NCBI GenBank assembly: GCA_041739675.1
Contig: JBGSNL010000081.1
Coordinates: forward strand, 1 to 12,248
DNA: 12,248 nt
Reading direction: 5' to 3'
From: a bacterium
GTDB lineage: Bacteria > UBA10199 > 2-02-FULL-44-16 > DYJF01
The notes under the pieces were generated by a model. That model was not told the DNA's origin. It worked only from the letters and a program-made list of their open reading frames with translations, and searched no databases. This document shows, in pieces, positions 8,028 through 12,248 of the stretch. Position 1 is the stretch's first letter. Each line of letters starts with the position of its first letter. A program made the position numbers and the translations under genes.

Positions 8028-8402
8028 TTACAGCCTGCCAATCGTGGTTCTGATGGGGGCCATGGCCGGGGTTACTACCGGCAAGCTGGCATGTGCTCTC
8101 GTTTGCACCATTGTCCGCGCGCCCGCGACTTGCCGTTGGGCGACTCTCTGATGCGAGGCTCCAGTTCTAGCAGCGCCCGCTAGCTGCCCCGCACCGCCCT
8201 CAAACGCACCGCCCGATGTCTCACCTGTTTCCTCCACGAGACCCGCAACAGTCGACGGAGTGCTGCGGTAAAATGGACGACTGATGGAACTGAACGCGCC
8301 GCCGACGAGACCGACTGCGTCGATCCCCGCCCTGAACGCATCCAAACTCGCGGAACCGTCCGCCATTGTCATATATTCCGAGCCGGGGAATTCGTAGTAT
8401 CG
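8028..8402 (-). repeat. Terminal linker + conserved tail, copy in gene D
   Basis: RYYEFPGSEYMTMADGSASLDAFRAGIDAVGLVGG...APIRTTIGRL. Confidence 0.92.
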
Positions 8403-9785
8403 TGCACCTCCCGAAGATGTCACGCTGCCGCCGCCTGATTGGCTGCTTTGCAGTTGCACGATCTTTTCGTCGACAACTCTCCTTATTCGTCTCAGATAAT
8501 CACCCGTCAAACCATCGTATTCAGCCTTCAAAGCTACGCTCTGAAGTCCTTTTATCGCGCGTGTCACAGCGCTACCTGCATCGTGCCAACTCCCCGCCAG
8601 CGCCCCTTCCACGGCCTCACCACGATGGAATGACTCTGGGTGCCTCATTCTTTCCACATACGCCAATATCCCATCAATCTGCACCGATAGATCGGCTGAA
8701 TCGGCGACCTGCCTAACTTGGAATTGGAGCCGCGTATCATAGCCCCCTCTTTTGAGCACATCAAAGAGTTTGGACTTCGTCTCACTTACAACCCTGGATG
8801 CAGTGGACAGCGCTGAACGCCACTCCAACAGTGTGCCTTCATCTTCAGTGACGTAGTATAGATTTCTTATCGCTTCCGCTTCAATAAGCCGGCGCATCTC
8901 AAGAAGTCTGCCCAACCTAGAAACCTCCGATGACAGCTCTTCAAGCATGTTTCCTTCACCCACAGGAACTGTAGGTGCGGGCCCTGATACCCCCTCATCC
9001 GACAAGAGCTCGGTGACGTCAGGATCTGCGCGGGCGGCGTCTTGGAGGCCTTCGATTGCTTCGGCAGCCTCCGCCTTTATTCGTTCCAAATAATCACCGG
9101 TCAGACCTAAGTATTCAGCTCTTAAAACGACACCCCGAAGTCCGCTTATCGTGCGGGTCACAGCGCTACCTGCATCGCCCCACGTCCTCTCCATTACCCC
9201 TTGCGCAACCTCTCCGTGCTCGTACAATTCGGGGTGCCTCATCCTTTGCACATACGCCAATATTATTTCAATTTCCACGTCCAGGATGGAAAAATCAATG
9301 ATCTGCCTGACCTGGGTTTTGAGTAGCTCTACCTCGTCAGGCGCCAACCCGGAAACTTCTGCCATCATGGCCATTTCCCAAAGTTTGGACTCCATCTCTC
9401 TTCGCCTCTCATATCCAGCGTCCGCTTCGGAAGTCCACTCCGCTATTTTGCGTTTGTCATCCGGAATGGCGCCGAAAAAAAGATTTATCTCCGCTTCCGC
9501 CGCGGCAGTCTTTTGCTCTCTAAGAAGCTCGCCCAATCTTGAAATCTCCTCTGACAGCAGGTCAAAACTTGACCCGCTCTCAGCGCCGCTGGAGCCGCCG
9601 CCAAAATATGGAAAGTTGATACCTGCGCCGGTCATAATATCCCACACCGACGGCTTCCGGCTAATCAATTCATATGTGCCGTCTGGAGACACCGGGCTCA
9701 TTTCAGGTAAGCCTTGCGACACTCTCCATGCATTCAAGTCATAATAATGTAGTGATGGACCTTCGACTTTTGCTCCCGATAACAT
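8028..9785 (-). CDS. Gene D: hypothetical modular protein (585 aa) with a duplicated helical domain and the conserved tail
   Basis: Starts MLSGAKVEGPS with a GGGGA SD. N-terminal linker, two ~170-aa repeats, then C-terminal linker plus tail. Confidence 0.88.
   Translation of the reverse strand: MLSGAKVEGPSLHYYDLNAWRVSQGLPEMSPVSPDGTYELISRKPSVWDIMTGAGINFPYFGGGSSGAESGSSFDLLSEEISRLGELLREQKTAAAEAEINLFFGAIPDDKRKIAEWTSEADAGYERRREMESKLWEMAMMAEVSGLAPDEVELLKTQVRQIIDFSILDVEIEIILAYVQRMRHPELYEHGEVAQGVMERTWGDAGSAVTRTISGLRGVVLRAEYLGLTGDYLERIKAEAAEAIEGLQDAARADPDVTELLSDEGVSGPAPTVPVGEGNMLEELSSEVSRLGRLLEMRRLIEAEAIRNLYYVTEDEGTLLEWRSALSTASRVVSETKSKLFDVLKRGGYDTRLQFQVRQVADSADLSVQIDGILAYVERMRHPESFHRGEAVEGALAGSWHDAGSAVTRAIKGLQSVALKAEYDGLTGDYLRRIRRVVDEKIVQLQSSQSGGGSVTSSGGARYYEFPGSEYMTMADGSASLDAFRAGIDAVGLVGGAFSSISRPFYRSTPSTVAGLVEETGETSGGAFEGGAGQLAGAARTGASHQRVAQRQVAGARTMVQTRAHASLPVVTPAMAPIRTTIGRL
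8448..9563 (-). repeat. Two-copy internal domain duplication in gene D (about 9042-9563 and 8448-8946)
   Basis: ILAYVQRMRHPE...DAGSAVTRTISGL...AEYLGLTGDYLERI versus ILAYVERMRHPE...DAGSAVTRAIKGL...AEYDGLTGDYLRRI. The 21-mer gtcacagcgctacctgcatcg occurs at 8563 and 9157 (594-bp offset). Confidence 0.9.
9603..9749 (-). repeat. N-terminal SVWD-type linker copy in gene D
   Basis: HYYDLNAW...MSPVSPDGTYELISRKPSVWDIMTGAGINFPYF. Confidence 0.85.
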
Positions 9786-9827
9786 ACAACTTCCCCTTTC
9801 TTCCCCCTGATACGCCTCTTAGCTGCT

Positions 9828-9854
9828 TTGTCGGCTGGTTGTCAAAGAAGTTGC
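9828..9854 (-). promoter_or_regulatory. Sigma28/FliA-like promoter of gene D
   Basis: Minus strand GCAAC-ttctttgacaacca-GCCGACAA. Confidence 0.75.
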
Positions 9855-9873
9855 GTGGATTTTTTTCAGGTAA

Positions 9874-10200
9874 GTGTCACAGGAGGCTGTGCGTGCGGCG
9901 CATTGCCGGGAGACGGCGGGGGCCCCATCGCGGCAAGCGGGCGGTGGAAACCTCGGCAGAATTGCGGTGTCAAAACGCGATTTGAAGATCAGGGGACACT
10001 TCTCGCTTCAGAAGAGGGGACGTTTCTCATTTTCACATGAGCTGCACGCGAACAGGAGAAACGTCCCCTCCTTGAGAAGTGTCCCCCATCAAATCGCAGT
10101 TTTGACTCGCAATTTGAGCGAGGAGGGTTTGCCGCCCGCGAGACCGCGAAAGGGGAGCCGCCGGAGGCAGAAGCGCCGCACGCACAGCCTCCCGTGACAC
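9874..10200. repeat. 327-bp nested imperfect inverted repeat (MITE/REPIN-like element or rod-shaped RNA)
   Basis: Terminal arms 9874-9901 and 10173-10200 match at 27/28. Pairing continues inward with internal loops. Perfect inner IRs at 9992-10004/10074-10086 and 10014-10028/10056-10070. Confidence 0.85.
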
Positions 10201-10206
10201 CTTCTA

Positions 10207-10235
10207 TTGATTTTTCCTGCCGAACCGCGTACTTT
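10207..10235 (+). promoter_or_regulatory. Putative sigma70 promoter of the kinase gene
   Basis: TTGATT (10207-10212), 17-nt spacer, TACTTT (10230-10235). The ATG follows 7 nt later with no SD. Confidence 0.55.
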
Positions 10236-10242
10236 GTCCGCC

Positions 10243-12248
10243 ATGTCACCTGACGAGACAAGCGGATCCACAAAGCAACCCAAGGCAAATGTCGGCCAAT
10301 ACTATCTCATGGAGAAGATCGCCCAAGGGGGAATGGCCGAAATTTACAAGGGACTCTCCTACGATCTTCACGGCCTCAAGAAGACCGTCGTCATAAAAAA
10401 GATTCTGCCCCACATCTCGGCATCCAAAGAATTCATTGATTCGCTTATAGATGAAGCAAAGATCGCGGTTTCACTTTCGCACGGCAACATCGCGCAGATC
10501 TACGATCTGGGGAAAGTTGGCGAGGACTATTTCATGGTGATGGAATATGTCGAAGGAAAATCGCTCTCGCTCATCCACAAGAAGTGCATGGCGCAGGGAC
10601 GCCTCATCCCCATCGCCTATCTTTGCCACTTCATGAGCGAGGCCCTTGCGGGGCTGGACTACATGCACAGAAGGACGGACGAGAAAGGCCGCCCGCTCCA
10701 CATCATCCACCGCGATATCAGCCCGCAAAACCTCGTCGTCACATATTCGGGAACGGTCAAGATCATCGATTTCGGGATCGCAAAATCGGCGATCAAAATA
10801 GGAACAACCGATTCCGGCATCTTAAAAGGAAAATTTTCGTACATGTCGCCCGAACAGGCGCGCGGCGATTCGATAGATCACAGAAGCGATATTTTTTCGC
10901 TGGGAATTATCTTTCACGAGATGCTCACGGGCAAGCGCCTCTTCAAGACCGATGACACGCGCGAAACTTTGCGAAACGTGAGACGCGCGAAAGTCGATCC
11001 GCCCTCCACCTTCCGCGGCGATCTGGCCGACGAGCTGGACCGCATCGTCATGAAAGCGCTCTCAAAGGACCGCCGCCACCGCTACGCATTCGCGTCCGAC
11101 ATGCACGACGATCTCATAAAATTTATCTCCACTGCATATCCCGAATTCCAATCCTCAGAGGCGGGGGATTTTGTGCGCGAGATATTTGAAGACGAGATAT
11201 CAAAGGCCTCTGAAGAGGAGGAGATGAAAACTCCTCAGATGATAATCGATCACACCTCGTCCGCGCTCACGGATGAAAGCCAGATGGAAGTCACCGGCCA
11301 GGCCAAGGCCCCTCTCGATATGAAGGATTTCCTGCTTGAGGAGGAGGAAGAGCCGCGCGAGGAAACCGAAGGCGAGACACCTGCGAGACACATACCCGAG
11401 ATCGCGGTGATTGAGGACGAATCCGAATTCATGAAGGTGAAGCATAAGGCCCCTTCGCGCCTTCTCAAAAAATATCTGGGCGCGATCTTGGGCGGGATAA
11501 GCATCGTTTTTCTTCTCATCTCCATCTTCTCGTCTTTCAAGGTGTGGAAGAGCGAGCCCGCAGGGCCCGGCGCGGCGAAGGCGGAGATACTGGTGACCAC
11601 AAATCCGCCCGATGCATCCATAATTTTTGACGACAAACACATCGGCACAGGCTCGCCCATCGCCATCCACGATATAAAAATCGATGAGGAGCACACGATC
11701 ACCGCGCAGCGCGAGGGATACGTCCCGCAAACTCAAAAGGTGAAGCTCAGAGAGGACGAATTCAAGAGCCTTGAGATCACGCTCACGAAGGCCGTGAGCA
11801 CAAAGTGCACGGTCATCGTGTCGTCCACGCCTCCCGGCGCCACGGTTTTTGTCGATGACGTTGAAACTCCGCACCGCACACCCGCGACCATAAAGGATAT
11901 CGAGACGGGCAAGCGCCATACGCTGGGCCTGTTCATGAGCGGATACCAGTTCTGGAGCAAGAATTTTGAAGCACACGAGGGTGAGACGCAGAATTTCGAC
12001 GTGGGGCTCGTGAAAAATTTCGGCTCGCTTTCCATCGATTCGTCGCCCGTCGGAGCGCTCGTGATGTTAAACGATCTTCCGTCGGGACAAACACCGTTTA
12101 TTCTGGACAACATCGAGCCGCAGAAGGTGTACCGCGTAGAGGTCTGGCTTGAAGGATACGAGCCCTATCTTCAGGAAGTACAAATAGATGCCGGTAAAAA
12201 ACAGGAACTGCACGTGACGCTAAAAAAATTGCCGATGATACCCGTTCC
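10243..12248 (+). CDS. Hanks-type Ser/Thr protein kinase with TM helix and at least 3 PEGA-like repeats (3' end truncated by the window)
   Basis: Translated by hand and open to the window end. Kinase motifs: IAQGGMAEIY, VVIKK, HGNIAQIYD, HRDISPQN, DFG, GKFSYMSPEQ, RSDIFSLG. Then an acidic linker, TM YLGAILGGISIVFLLISIFSSF (about 11473-11538), and repeats ILVTTNPPDASI..EGY, VIVSSTPPGATVFVD..SGY, LSIDSSPVGALVMLN..EGY. Confidence 0.95.
   Translation, partial: MSPDETSGSTKQPKANVGQYYLMEKIAQGGMAEIYKGLSYDLHGLKKTVVIKKILPHISASKEFIDSLIDEAKIAVSLSHGNIAQIYDLGKVGEDYFMVMEYVEGKSLSLIHKKCMAQGRLIPIAYLCHFMSEALAGLDYMHRRTDEKGRPLHIIHRDISPQNLVVTYSGTVKIIDFGIAKSAIKIGTTDSGILKGKFSYMSPEQARGDSIDHRSDIFSLGIIFHEMLTGKRLFKTDDTRETLRNVRRAKVDPPSTFRGDLADELDRIVMKALSKDRRHRYAFASDMHDDLIKFISTAYPEFQSSEAGDFVREIFEDEISKASEEEEMKTPQMIIDHTSSALTDESQMEVTGQAKAPLDMKDFLLEEEEEPREETEGETPARHIPEIAVIEDESEFMKVKHKAPSRLLKKYLGAILGGISIVFLLISIFSSFKVWKSEPAGPGAAKAEILVTTNPPDASIIFDDKHIGTGSPIAIHDIKIDEEHTITAQREGYVPQTQKVKLREDEFKSLEITLTKAVSTKCTVIVSSTPPGATVFVDDVETPHRTPATIKDIETGKRHTLGLFMSGYQFWSKNFEAHEGETQNFDVGLVKNFGSLSIDSSPVGALVMLNDLPSGQTPFILDNIEPQKVYRVEVWLEGYEPYLQEVQIDAGKKQELHVTLKKLPMIPV

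Noticed and set aside
107..9744. Numerous 60-200 aa ORFs overlapping genes A-D, considered as possible immunity genes
   Set aside because: All lie inside the long ORFs on antisense or alternate frames. Their similarity to one another simply mirrors the repeated tail DNA.
7917..9845. TTGACA in the promoter spacers of genes C and D as a sigma70 -35
   Set aside because: There is no TANNNT at 16-18 nt spacing (ctaaag/ctaaga), and TTGACA is not conserved in A or B.
1..9860. CRISPR array or DGR template/variable repeats
   Set aside because: The repeats are hundreds of bp long, in-frame coding and kb apart. Differences between copies are not obviously adenine-specific, and no RT or cas gene is in the window.
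9674..10288. Short ORFs across the palindrome (9674-9985, 9828-10040, 9874-10197, 9989-10288, 10089-10283)
   Set aside because: By-products of a GC-rich inverted repeat: VTGGCACGA appears on both strands. No recognisable protein features.
10471..12113. Minus-strand and off-frame ORFs including the 258-aa ORF at 11200-11976
   Set aside because: Shadows of the clearly recognisable plus-strand kinase-PEGA gene.

Overview
Bacterial DNA. The kinase style suggests a deltaproteobacteria-type organism (Myxococcota/Bdellovibrionota-like); this is inference only. Positions 1-9860 hold a head-to-tail array of at least four paralogous minus-strand genes of unknown function: A 91-1977, B 2144-5413, C 5577-7862, D 8028-9785. 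A fifth unit appears to begin at the left edge. Each gene is a self-contained cassette: a conserved sigma28/FliA-like promoter (GCAAC-N14-GCCGAYAA), an RBS, the ORF and a conserved intrinsic terminator. The proteins are mosaics of variable, helical-looking cargo segments. These are delimited by a recurring ~45-50 aa linker (SGxAR-YYE/D...M...SSD...PFY) and capped by a conserved ~85-90 aa Gly/Ala-rich C-terminal tail. DNA evidence indicates module shuffling between copies. A 327-bp nested imperfect palindrome (9874-10200) separates the array from a divergent Ser/Thr kinase gene (10243 to beyond 12248; kinase + TM + 3 PEGA-like repeats), which is missing from the ORF track and probably leaderless.
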